A stretch of DNA of 64,000 bases. It comes from Candidatus Micrarchaeota archaeon. Its GTDB lineage: Archaea > Micrarchaeota > Micrarchaeia > Norongarragalinales > Norongarragalinaceae. Where the stretch lies: assembly GCA_016207165.1 (NCBI GenBank), contig JACQQD010000009.1, forward strand, positions 106,660 to 170,659. The letters are read 5' to 3'. The translations under genes and the position numbers were made by a program. Shown one piece after another: positions 38,081 through 46,561 of this stretch. The notes under the pieces were generated by a model that saw nothing but the letters and a program-made list of their open reading frames with translations, was not told the origin of the DNA and made no database searches. How positions within the stretch are numbered: position 1 is the stretch's first letter; the number at the start of each line of letters is the position of its first letter.

Positions 38081-39502
38081 TTACTCAATTCTCCGAATGA
38101 TTCCCTTCTCGGCGTCGACTTCCACGAGGTCGCCGGTCTTAAACACGCGAGTAGCCATTTTGGCGCCCACGATGCAGGGCTTGCCGAATTCGCGGGCAAT
38201 CACGGAGGCGTGGCTGGACACGCCGCCTTCGTCAGCCACCACCGCCGCCGCGCGTTGGACCAAGGCCGCGTGACCGGGTTGCGTCATGGTCGTGATGAGT
38301 ACGTCGCCGTCTTGAAACGCCGACTCGTCCTTGATGAGTTGTTCCATGCCCGCCACGTGAAGCACGTACGCCTTGCCGCGGGCCATGCCGGGGTTGGCCA
38401 CGAATCCGGATACTTCGGAAACCGTCAAAACCGCGTCCAAACCCATTTTGTTTCGCAACGCGTCAGCGGACTCACCGGTCAACAACTGGGTTTGGCCGTC
38501 GCGCCGCCAAACCGCGTACCCTTGTTTTCGTTCACGGATGACGGTAGCATCCGGAATCTTGTTTTCCAACAAGGCCGACCGAAAGTCGTCGAGTGTGTAC
38601 GCGTACAACAAGTCGTTCAACGGAGTCGTGGTGCGCCGCGCGATTTCAGCGTATAGGGATTGGAAACGCCATTCCGCACCCGCCCACGCGTTTTTTAGGG
38701 CCAAGCGCTCGTGGCCGAGGCGTTGGAGGAGCTTAAGGACGTCCACGGTTTGAGAATCCAGTTGCGCGAAGGCGTTCGCCTGTTTTTCCTTCAATTCGTT
38801 TCGATGCGCTTGGATTTGGTCCAACTGCGTTTGTAGGGTTTGCGTGTCTTGTTCTTGGCGGACGCGGGCGTGAAGCGATTCCAGCACTTTTCCGCGGGCA
38901 AACGTCTGGTAGAACATCCACGCGTGCTTTTGCGCGTGGGCTTCCAATTGCGCGTCGGAGGCAACTTGTTTCGCCAGGGAAATAATGTCCGAAAGTTCGT
39001 CGTCCACGATGTCGGGTTGCGTGGGGCTAGTCAGTTCGGAGAAGGATTTCTCGGAGTCAAACGCGGTGCCTTTCAATCCCGCTTTGGCTTTCTTGACCAA
39101 GGCGTGGGTGCCGGCTTCCTGGGTGGCGGAGAAAATCGTGCCGATTCGGCGGATGTGGCGGCACATGCCGTCCAGCGTTTCCCAAAGAAAAGCGTTGGAG
39201 GCGTCCGAAAGCGGTTGTTCTTTAAACGCGTTGGAAAGCTCGGCCAAGTCCTGGCACGCGGACGCGGATTCACTTAAAATGCGTTCTTGGACGCCCGGCT
39301 GCAACCATGTTGAGCTCATGGCCTGCCATTCCGAAAGCATGGCGCTTGACGCGTAGGCGGCCACGGTCTGGGGGTTGCCGAACACGACGTAGTCCACGCG
39401 TTGGGGTTGACCAAACGCGTAGGGACCGTAAGTCAAAACCGAGCGGTCGTGGATGGAGAAAAACGTGTGGGCTTCCGACCACTGGAATTCGTAGGGTTCC
39501 AT
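38081..39502 (-). CDS. PEP-utilising enzyme mobile (His phosphocarrier) domain protein without ATP-grasp domain
   Basis: C-terminal GDVLITTMT.P..ADEGGVSSHASVIAREFGKPCIVG; true start ATG 39502, because the longer ORF overlaps the tRNA. Confidence 0.88.
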   Translation of the reverse strand: MEPYEFQWSEAHTFFSIHDRSVLTYGPYAFGQPQRVDYVVFGNPQTVAAYASSAMLSEWQAMSSTWLQPGVQERILSESASACQDLAELSNAFKEQPLSDASNAFLWETLDGMCRHIRRIGTIFSATQEAGTHALVKKAKAGLKGTAFDSEKSFSELTSPTQPDIVDDELSDIISLAKQVASDAQLEAHAQKHAWMFYQTFARGKVLESLHARVRQEQDTQTLQTQLDQIQAHRNELKEKQANAFAQLDSQTVDVLKLLQRLGHERLALKNAWAGAEWRFQSLYAEIARRTTTPLNDLLYAYTLDDFRSALLENKIPDATVIRERKQGYAVWRRDGQTQLLTGESADALRNKMGLDAVLTVSEVSGFVANPGMARGKAYVLHVAGMEQLIKDESAFQDGDVLITTMTQPGHAALVQRAAAVVADEGGVSSHASVIAREFGKPCIVGAKMATRVFKTGDLVEVDAEKGIIRRIE

Positions 39503-39565
39503 CCTGGCCTGAAAAGGAAGTTCGGGCTTGATATGGGTTTTGGAATATTGCCCGGGGTGGATGAG

Positions 39566-39691
39566 GACGAGGGCGGGGATTTGAACCCCGGTCTGCGGAT
39601 TTCCGTTCCGAACCCGTCGCCGTTGGCAGGCAACGGCGACTTCGCTCAGAACCACAGTCCACTATCCTGACCAAGCTAGACGACCCTCGTC
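39566..39691 (-). tRNA. tRNA-His(GTG) with encoded G-1 and a 51-nt intron at 37/38
   Basis: Reverse complement: G-ACGAGGG-TC-GTCT-AGCTTGGTCA-GGAT-A-GTGGA-CTGTGG[intron 39651-39601]A-TCCGC-AGAC-CGGGG-TTCAAAT-CCCCG-CCCTCGT-C. Anticodon at 39655-39653; C73; CCA not encoded. Confidence 0.95.
39601..39651 (-). other. Archaeal BHB tRNA intron
   Basis: Central helix CUGU/ACGG, 3-nt bulges GG^U and AA^A, outer helix UCUGAGC/GUUCGGA, and an inner perfect 10-bp stem GUCGCCGUUG/CAACGGCGAC. Confidence 0.92.
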
Positions 39692-39741
39692 ACAAAGAGA
39701 AAATGATTTTGGGTGAGTCCATTTTTCAAGCTTTGGTTTTC

Positions 39742-41517
39742 TTATTCTTTCGCTTCTTTGTTCAGGCCGCGTTCGTCGTCATCGAATTCGATGAGGTCAA
39801 CTGGTTTTTTCCGGAAGCCTTTGCGGGAGAACCACTCGGTGGCAAACAACAACGCCAAAAGCGCGATGACGCCCAAAGGCAGAAGAATCGGGTTGTCGGG
39901 AAATGCCACCAAGCCCGTGATGGGCACCTGGGTGGTGTTCGAGGATTCAGGCGTTGCCGTTGTTACGGGTAGGGATGGAAGGGGAGCCGGAGTGGCGATT
40001 GGAGTGGATGTGCTGGATCCGACCAGTGTCCCCAAGCGTTGCATGATCGCGTCAATGGACAGGTCGGCTTGGCTGGAAGCGGCTGGCTGGGAGGACGCCT
40101 GCGTCGGCTCCGGTTGCGTGGACACGTCTTGAAGCCGGACGTCGATGGACAACTCGAAAATCGGGGTTTGGACCGTGGTTTGCGCGTTGGCGTCCGCGCC
40201 GGTGGCTTGGAAGTAGGCTTTGCAGTTTGCGGCGTACGGTGGCGACTGGATGACCCAGTCGGTGACGGAGGGCGCGTCCGCCAACCGGCCGACGAATTGG
40301 CTGGACAAGCCAATCAATTCACAGCCCTCGCTGACATCCAGTAAAGCCACGGTGGTGTTTTGGGACGCGGCTTGCCCGTCGTTGAAAAGGAATAATTCCA
40401 CGCGCTTGGATTGGGAGGCGTCCAGTTGCAAGGGTTCGGCTTGCAGGCGCAGGGTTGCCGGTCGTTGGACGTCCACGGCCACGGGCGCGGAAATTACGTT
40501 TTGGAAGAGGCCTTGGGTTTGTTCGACGAACTTGCCCGTCACGCGCAAGTCTTTGGTTCCTTCTGGAAGCCGTGTGGGGGCAAACAGGACCGGCTGGGTT
40601 TCGCCAGGGCCCAACGTGGTGAAGAAAGCGCTTTGGACGGGGTTCTGGCCTGCGTTGAGCGTTAAATTGACGTCGCGGGCCGAAGTCTCGCCGGTGTTCT
40701 GGACGTGGACGCCTATGGTGACGAACTCGTTGGCGGAATACGTGGTGCGGGACGGCGGAACCAGGCGCAACGAAAGAGCGGCGGGGTTGAGGACCACTAC
40801 CCGTCTGGAAATAGAGCGCGTCACGGGTTGCCCGTTGTTGGCGTCGGAGCCTAAGACGTCAAAGGCGACGTCCAAGGCGTCGGCGCGTTGCGGGGGCGTA
40901 ACGTTCAGGAGAACGCGTTGGGTTTCGTTCGCGCGCAAGGTGAATGCGCCGGAGGGAGAAGCAACGAAGGGCAAAGACACGTCCACGGCATTGGAAAAGC
41001 CGCGTACTTGGAGGTGGACGTCTTGGGCAGTGGCCTGGCCGGTATTGATGACGGTGAGTTCAACGGGGTTGGAAAGTCCCGTCAGCCAGGAACCCGCGGT
41101 GTTTGATTCCACGGAAAGTTGGGACGGGTTTTGCACGTCGAAAACCACTGACGCGTTGGACGCCAAAGGCCCTTTCGGCGGGTACGCCAAAACGATGAAC
41201 GAGTACGGGCCCGGCGTGGCGGGGGCGCGGGTGCTTAAACCGATAAATCCAGCGGCCAAAAAGTTGGTGCATGGAGCCGGACACGCGCAGTGCACGCGGC
41301 GCTGGGTGTCGGCGTTCTTGAACCAGTCCACGGGACAGGAAAAATCGTTGGGGCTGGCTTGCTGCCAGTTTTCGGGAAAGTACACGAAGACGCTGGAAAC
41401 GGGTTGGGTGGCGGAAAAGGGAAACGAGAGGTTTGCGGCTTGTTGGGTGGTCAACGTCGAGGCGGAAACCGCGCTGGCGAAAAACACGAAGGCAAAGAGA
41501 AACGCAGGATACTTCAT
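39742..41517 (-). CDS. Secreted, C-terminally membrane-anchored surface protein with CARDB/Ig-like repeats
   Basis: Signal peptide MKYPAFLFAFVFFASAVSA; three V/LxNxG..A..V repeats (INTGQATAQDV, QNTGETSARDV, FNDGQAASQNT); Thr/Pro/Ser linker; ITGLV before a TM helix and basic tail. Confidence 0.8.
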   Translation of the reverse strand: MKYPAFLFAFVFFASAVSASTLTTQQAANLSFPFSATQPVSSVFVYFPENWQQASPNDFSCPVDWFKNADTQRRVHCACPAPCTNFLAAGFIGLSTRAPATPGPYSFIVLAYPPKGPLASNASVVFDVQNPSQLSVESNTAGSWLTGLSNPVELTVINTGQATAQDVHLQVRGFSNAVDVSLPFVASPSGAFTLRANETQRVLLNVTPPQRADALDVAFDVLGSDANNGQPVTRSISRRVVVLNPAALSLRLVPPSRTTYSANEFVTIGVHVQNTGETSARDVNLTLNAGQNPVQSAFFTTLGPGETQPVLFAPTRLPEGTKDLRVTGKFVEQTQGLFQNVISAPVAVDVQRPATLRLQAEPLQLDASQSKRVELFLFNDGQAASQNTTVALLDVSEGCELIGLSSQFVGRLADAPSVTDWVIQSPPYAANCKAYFQATGADANAQTTVQTPIFELSIDVRLQDVSTQPEPTQASSQPAASSQADLSIDAIMQRLGTLVGSSTSTPIATPAPLPSLPVTTATPESSNTTQVPITGLVAFPDNPILLPLGVIALLALLFATEWFSRKGFRKKPVDLIEFDDDERGLNKEAKE

Positions 41518-41542
41518 TTCGCACAAGTAACGCCCAGGGAAG

Positions 41543-41550
41543 TATTTATA
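41543..41550. promoter_or_regulatory. Putative bidirectional TATA box
   Basis: TATTTATA/TATAAATA lies about 25 nt from both the minus-strand ATG (41517) and the plus-strand ATG (41574). Confidence 0.65.
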
Positions 41551-41573
41551 GCCGGTGTCGGTAAGTTTGACGC

Positions 41574-42494
41574 ATGGCGGAATGGGAGTGGCTTTGGTTC
41601 GGCGTGTCCATCGCCGTCATCGGATTTGCATTGGTTCGGTCCCTGCGCGGTTCCGGCCAGCACAACCCTTCCTTTTTTTTGTGGTCCATGCTGTTGGCCG
41701 TCTTGTTGGCTGAAGCGGGGGTCCGATTGATCGGCGCGCCGGAGTCCACGCTTCTGAACGCCTACCGCGTCGTGTTGGTGTTCGGTTTTCTCGCCATTTT
41801 TTTGACGTTTCACTACTGGAAAAGCCAGGCGGCTTGGTTGTATGACGCCAAATCCAGTTTGCAGGGATTTTTCTCGTATTACTTGAGTCCCAAAGTCATC
41901 CAGGACTTGGTGTCCCGAGGCCACGTGCCGTTGGGCGGCAAGCGCCGGGACGTGACGGTGTTGGTCACCGACGTCCGCAATTCCACGAAGTTGGCGTTGG
42001 ATTACCCGGCGGAGAAAGTCGTCAAATCACTGAATGCCTACTTTGAGCTGGCCTCCCAGTCCGTGGCCCGCCATGGCGGGGTGGTGGACAAAATCACCGG
42101 CGACGGAGTCATGGCCGTATTCAACGCACTGAACGTTTTGCCGGACCACACCATGAAGGCGTTTTACGCCGCCGCGGAAATCCAGCAGGCCATGCCGGCG
42201 CTCAACGAGAAGCTGCGCAACCGCGGGCTTCCGGTTTTATCGGCAGGAGCCGGCATTGACGCGGGTGACGCCGTGGTCGGCAACATCGGCTCGCGGCACA
42301 TGGTGCGCTTTACGGTGATTGGCGACGTGGCCAATACCGCTAACCGAGTTCAGGAAGCGGCCAAGGACGGGCAAGTGGTGTTGACGGAGGCGGCGTACCG
42401 CCGCGTGGCCGGGCACGTCAAGGGTTCGGGCCCAAAAACCGTGATGGCCAAAAACAAGGGACCGGTTTCCGTGTACGTGGTGAACGTGGTTTGA
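41574..42494 (+). CDS. Membrane-bound class III nucleotidyl cyclase (predicted adenylyl cyclase)
   Basis: Three N-terminal TM helices; VTVLVTDVRNST (metal D), VDKITGDGVMAVF (K, second D), VVGNIGS and FTVIGDVANTANR (T, N, R). Confidence 0.93.
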   Translation: MAEWEWLWFGVSIAVIGFALVRSLRGSGQHNPSFFLWSMLLAVLLAEAGVRLIGAPESTLLNAYRVVLVFGFLAIFLTFHYWKSQAAWLYDAKSSLQGFFSYYLSPKVIQDLVSRGHVPLGGKRRDVTVLVTDVRNSTKLALDYPAEKVVKSLNAYFELASQSVARHGGVVDKITGDGVMAVFNALNVLPDHTMKAFYAAAEIQQAMPALNEKLRNRGLPVLSAGAGIDAGDAVVGNIGSRHMVRFTVIGDVANTANRVQEAAKDGQVVLTEAAYRRVAGHVKGSGPKTVMAKNKGPVSVYVVNVV

Positions 42495-42496
42495 AG

Positions 42497-43261
42497 ATGA
42501 CGTCCAATTCAAGGGGGCGGCTTGGACGAAAAGTAAGTTACGCCGCCGTGTTCCGCCGCATGCGGGCCCGCTTGTCGGAAAAAGACCGGCAGGCGGACCA
42601 AGAGTATGGCCGCGTGTTTCAGGAAGCCCGGCTGAGAGTCCGCACCGACTTGAAAAACTTGGACGGCCATTTGCATTATCACAGCATGTACCACACCGAA
42701 GACGTGGTTCAAACCGCGGAAAGGCTGGCACGCCTCGCACAACAAAAAGGGCAATTGTCGGAGCGGGACGTGTGGCTCATCAAGTTTGCCGCGCTGTTTC
42801 ACGACCACGGGTTTTTGTCCGGCGTGTACCAGGACAACGAGGCGTTGGGCGCTCAGGCGGCGGAGGAACACCTCCGCGGCGCGTTATCGGATGAAGACGT
42901 CGGCATCATTAAAGCCGCCATCATGGATACGCAGCTCCGGGAGCACGGCGGGTACCCCGTGAAAGTGCAGAAACCGGCGACCCTTCACGGCAAATACTTG
43001 TGCGATGCGGACGTGGCAAGCTTAGGCCGAAATGATTACCACCGGCTCAACATGAAATTGTACGCGGAACTCCAGGAGAAAAATCGGCTGCAGAGCCAAA
43101 CGGGCCGCCAGCCATTGGAGGCCTTTTTGGAGCGAAGCATCCATTTCCTCAAGGCGCATGTGTGGCACACGGAAGCGGCGGAAAGCCAGTACGGAGTCCA
43201 GAAACTAGTCAACCTGCGCGGGGTTCAAAAGCAATTGGAGCGCCTCAAAAGCGCCGCCTGA
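42497..43261 (+). CDS. HD-superfamily phosphohydrolase, class I PDE-like motif
   Basis: YHSMYHTEDVVQ, AALFHDHG, NEALGA and LCDAD; starts 2 nt after the cyclase stop. Confidence 0.88.
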   Translation: MTSNSRGRLGRKVSYAAVFRRMRARLSEKDRQADQEYGRVFQEARLRVRTDLKNLDGHLHYHSMYHTEDVVQTAERLARLAQQKGQLSERDVWLIKFAALFHDHGFLSGVYQDNEALGAQAAEEHLRGALSDEDVGIIKAAIMDTQLREHGGYPVKVQKPATLHGKYLCDADVASLGRNDYHRLNMKLYAELQEKNRLQSQTGRQPLEAFLERSIHFLKAHVWHTEAAESQYGVQKLVNLRGVQKQLERLKSAA

Positions 43262-43275
43262 ACGTACGGGCCACG

Positions 43276-45135
43276 CTAAGGGGCTCGCTCGAATTTGGGC
43301 TCCCTTCGCTTCGAAAGGATGAGGCCGAGGCCGGTGGTGGGGCCCGCATACCCTTTGTAGACTTCCATCAAGTGTTCGTCCTGGATTTTCATGGCCGCGG
43401 CGAACACGTCGGGATCGAAATGCCCGCCTTGAGTGAATTCGTGCATGAGGCCGCGCACGCGCTCCCAGGAAAACTGGCGCTTGCCGTATGGAACGCCCTT
43501 GACTTTCTTCATGCGGCGGATGTAGTCACGCTCCGTCAAAAACGCGTCCATGACGTCGGCCATGGCGATGATGCGGGCCACCAACGGAATGTCGGTGCCG
43601 GCCAACCCGTCTGGGTAGCCTTTTCCGTCCCATCGCTCGTGGTGGTGCCGCGCGCCGTTGCGCACGGTTTCGCTGGGCCGGTGAAGCTTCAACTCGTTGT
43701 CGGAGTGGACGGGATGTTCCTTGATTTTCTCGAATTCCTCGTAAGCCAACAAGTCTTTTTTCCTCAGGAGTTCACCGGGTATGCTCAGCTTTCCGACGTC
43801 GTGAAGCAACGCCGCCATTTTGAACGCGTCGATGCGTCTCCGGCTGAACAACTCAACGCCGTGGCGCTCCACGTGGTCGGCGTTCATGATCCGGGCAATG
43901 AGTTCTGAGAGCGCCGCCACGCGTTCCGAGTGGCCCCGGGTGTACTCGTCGTGGTCTTCCAGGTCCTTCATACGGGAAATCAAGCCGGCGTGGCGCCCGA
44001 ATCGGATTTCCATGTTCCGCCACAAGTCCAGCACGGGCCGGTTCAATCGGGCTTGGCGGGCAATCTTATGCATCTCGTCAAATGCCACCGCCGGAAGCGG
44101 CGTGTCCTTGTAGAAGTGAAATGACGCCAAATGGGGGGCCTCCGGGAGGGCGATGTCATCCTCGTATTCGTCGCGCAATTCAGGGGAAAAATGGCCGAGG
44201 TGGATGTCTCCTTCCGTGCAGGGCGTGTAACCCATGGCCTCGTCAATGAATCGCTGGCGCTGGATTTGATTCGGAAAATTCACGGTAAGGTGGGGTGCCG
44301 GCGTGCCATCGGGGTGCTGGTTTCCTTCCATGCCTAAATGCAGGCGCAAGGCGCGATACGTTCCGTGTTCGTCCAACCGCATGACCGGCAACGCGCGTAC
44401 GTTTCGCCCCGTGCCGTCAATCAGGCTGACATACTTCAAATAATCCACGCCAGGGTCGTCCTTTTGGCTGCCGACTTGATAAGGATCCGGTCGGCTGATC
44501 ATGGCCAGGGTTGACGAGCCCCGGAGAGGGCCTTCACCGGGTTGTGGCGGACGCATCTTAAGATGGGGGTCGTGAAGTTCCCGTGCCGTTGGACGCCGGC
44601 CTTCCACGTAGGCGTTGTGCATGTACCAGGCCAAGGCATGCGCGGCCCGGCCTGGCGAAGCTTCACGCTCCATGGCGTGGGCCAACGCGGAAACATCGGG
44701 TTGCCGAAGCGGGGGAATCGTGTTTTCCTCGATTACGGCGGTGGCCAACTGTTTGATCTGGGGCCTGCGTCGTGCGTGAAGGGCGTACGGCTGGATGCGG
44801 TATCTCTGTAGGCCGTCGCGAATGGCTCGTTGGTCCGCGTCGGAAAATTCGCCGTGAATGATCAACGGATTTCCAAACCCGTGGCTGACGCGCTCATCCC
44901 GCTCATTTAAACCAATGGATTGCGCCATGGCCTGGTGAACGCGCTGCATGAACGCCGACATGGATTCCTCGGCTTCGCGTTGCACGTGAATGGGGTAAAC
45001 GCCCAGTTGCTTGAAGACTTCCTCCGATAAAACGCCTGGAACTTGCGTGGGCTTTTGCTCGTTGAAAACCACGGCCGAAGGGCGAACGGCAATTCGCTTG
45101 AGCCTCTGAGGCACCGGCCGAGCCTTGTAGGGCAT
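43276..45135 (-). CDS. HD-GYP domain protein with about 390-aa uncharacterised N-terminus
   Basis: DEYTRGHSERV, LLHDVGK, IKEHP, HHERWDGKGYPDGL, IPLVARIIAMADVMDA and HFDP. Confidence 0.92.
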   Translation of the reverse strand: MPYKARPVPQRLKRIAVRPSAVVFNEQKPTQVPGVLSEEVFKQLGVYPIHVQREAEESMSAFMQRVHQAMAQSIGLNERDERVSHGFGNPLIIHGEFSDADQRAIRDGLQRYRIQPYALHARRRPQIKQLATAVIEENTIPPLRQPDVSALAHAMEREASPGRAAHALAWYMHNAYVEGRRPTARELHDPHLKMRPPQPGEGPLRGSSTLAMISRPDPYQVGSQKDDPGVDYLKYVSLIDGTGRNVRALPVMRLDEHGTYRALRLHLGMEGNQHPDGTPAPHLTVNFPNQIQRQRFIDEAMGYTPCTEGDIHLGHFSPELRDEYEDDIALPEAPHLASFHFYKDTPLPAVAFDEMHKIARQARLNRPVLDLWRNMEIRFGRHAGLISRMKDLEDHDEYTRGHSERVAALSELIARIMNADHVERHGVELFSRRRIDAFKMAALLHDVGKLSIPGELLRKKDLLAYEEFEKIKEHPVHSDNELKLHRPSETVRNGARHHHERWDGKGYPDGLAGTDIPLVARIIAMADVMDAFLTERDYIRRMKKVKGVPYGKRQFSWERVRGLMHEFTQGGHFDPDVFAAAMKIQDEHLMEVYKGYAGPTTGLGLILSKRREPKFERAP

Positions 45136-45152
45136 AGAGTAGCATTGGGGTG

Positions 45153-45173
45153 AAAAGGAATTTAAGTCCTTTT
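45153..45173. promoter_or_regulatory. Symmetric bidirectional BRE-TATA-BRE promoter (HD-GYP / hisS)
   Basis: AAAAGGA-ATTTAAG-TCCTTTT: 7-bp inverted arms around a TTTAAG/CTTAAA core, lying between ATGs at 45135 (-) and 45195 (+). Confidence 0.65.
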
Positions 45174-45194
45174 GCCTGTCCTATCCTTCAACAC

Positions 45195-46493
45195 ATGGAC
45201 CTAACTCCTGCGAAAGGCATGCGCGACTTTCTGCCACCGGAGGCCGCGCGGCGTGAACACGTCGTGGATACCCTGAAAAAAGCGTTCAAGCGGTACGGGT
45301 TTCTGCCCTTGGAAACGCCGGTGGTGGAACGGTACGAGGTTTTGTCCAGCAAGTTTGCCGGCGGCGAAGAGATTTTGAAGGAAACCTTTCGGTTGCAGGA
45401 CCAAGGAAAACGGGAGTTGGGGTTGCGGTACGACTTGACGGTGCCCATGTGCCGGGTGTTGGCAGGCAATACGTCGTTGCCCAAACCGTTTAAACGCTAT
45501 CAGGTCGCGCCCGTGTACCGCGACGGACCCCTCAAGACGGGGCGTTACCGGGAATTCGTCCAATGCGATGTCGACACCGTTGGAGTCTCAGGCGTGCAAG
45601 CGGAAGCCGAGCAGTTGGCGTTGACCGCCCACGTGTTTTTTGAACTGGGTTTGAAGGTAACGATCAAGTTCAACAACCGAAAGCTTTTGAACGGCGTTTT
45701 GGAGGATGCCGGAATTTCCCAAGAAAAGCACCACGGAACGTTGTTGGCGTTGGACAAGCTGTCGAAAATCGGGGAGAACGGCGTTTTAGAGGAACTGGAA
45801 AAAGACCGGGGCCTTGAAAAAAAGGCGGCCAAACATTTGCTGGATGTTTTTATGAAGGCGGGATCCGGAGAAAAAGCGTTGAACGCGTTGAAGAAAACCG
45901 CGAAATCCGAATCCGGAAAACAAGGCCTATCGGAACTGGAGCAACTCGTGGAATCGCTCAAGGCGTACGGCGTGAAGAACGCGGTGTTCTCGCCGGAACT
46001 TTCGCGGGGTCTGAATTACTACACGGGCACCGTGTTCGAGGTGTTTGCAAAGGAAAGCGAGATTTCCTCTTCCTTGGCTGCGGGCGGGCGGTACGACGAC
46101 ATGATCGGCAACTTTTCCGGTAAAGAGAAAACGCCAGCCGTCGGCATCTCGTTCGGGCTGGACGTAATCGGGGAAGTGCTCAAAGAGAAAAGCGGCTCCA
46201 TGCCGTCGCCCGTCCAAGTATTCGTTGTTACGGTGGGCGACGTGCAAAACGACGCCATCCACGTGGCGGAGTCCCTCCGGAAATCCGAGGTGAACGTGTT
46301 GTTGGACTTGGCGGGCCGCGGCGTGTCCAAGAATCTTTCATGGGCTTCCGCGCAACAAATTCCTTTTGTAGTCATCGTCGGCGAGAAAGAAGTCCGATCC
46401 GGCAAGTTTACGCTTCGGGACATGGCTTCCGGCAAAGAAAAGTCGTTGAGCTTGCAAGGCTTGGCGTTGGCTCTGGGGGCAAAAACGGATTAG
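45195..46493 (+). CDS. hisS: Histidine--tRNA ligase
   Basis: KGMRDFLP, LRYDLTVP, GRYREFVQCD, RGLNYYTG, GGRYD and AVGISFG. Confidence 0.98.
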   Translation: MDLTPAKGMRDFLPPEAARREHVVDTLKKAFKRYGFLPLETPVVERYEVLSSKFAGGEEILKETFRLQDQGKRELGLRYDLTVPMCRVLAGNTSLPKPFKRYQVAPVYRDGPLKTGRYREFVQCDVDTVGVSGVQAEAEQLALTAHVFFELGLKVTIKFNNRKLLNGVLEDAGISQEKHHGTLLALDKLSKIGENGVLEELEKDRGLEKKAAKHLLDVFMKAGSGEKALNALKKTAKSESGKQGLSELEQLVESLKAYGVKNAVFSPELSRGLNYYTGTVFEVFAKESEISSSLAAGGRYDDMIGNFSGKEKTPAVGISFGLDVIGEVLKEKSGSMPSPVQVFVVTVGDVQNDAIHVAESLRKSEVNVLLDLAGRGVSKNLSWASAQQIPFVVIVGEKEVRSGKFTLRDMASGKEKSLSLQGLALALGAKTD

Positions 46494-46561
46494 ATTTCAA
46501 ACGCGCGTTCTCCGTGCTTTTCCTCAAGTTGGCGTCTTCGGGCCCCTGCATTCGGTCGCCG

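Noticed and set aside
37704-39566. Integrated element at tRNA-His
   Set aside because: No integrase is present, and no duplicated tRNA 3' end was found by eye.
39503-39655. 51-aa N-terminal extension of the PEP-utiliser ORF
   Set aside because: It overlaps the tRNA-His gene and intron; ATG 39502 is the plausible start.
40220-41530. 436-aa plus-strand ORF and other long antisense ORFs (e.g. 8368-9405, 26360-27565, 48503-49921)
   Set aside because: They are shadow frames opposite well-supported genes in GC-rich DNA and contain no motifs.
41574-43261. Pycsar anti-phage system (class III cyclase plus neighbour)
   Set aside because: The cyclase has adenine-selecting Lys/Thr and its own TM anchor, and the neighbour is a soluble HD hydrolase rather than a PycTM or TIR-cNMP effector.
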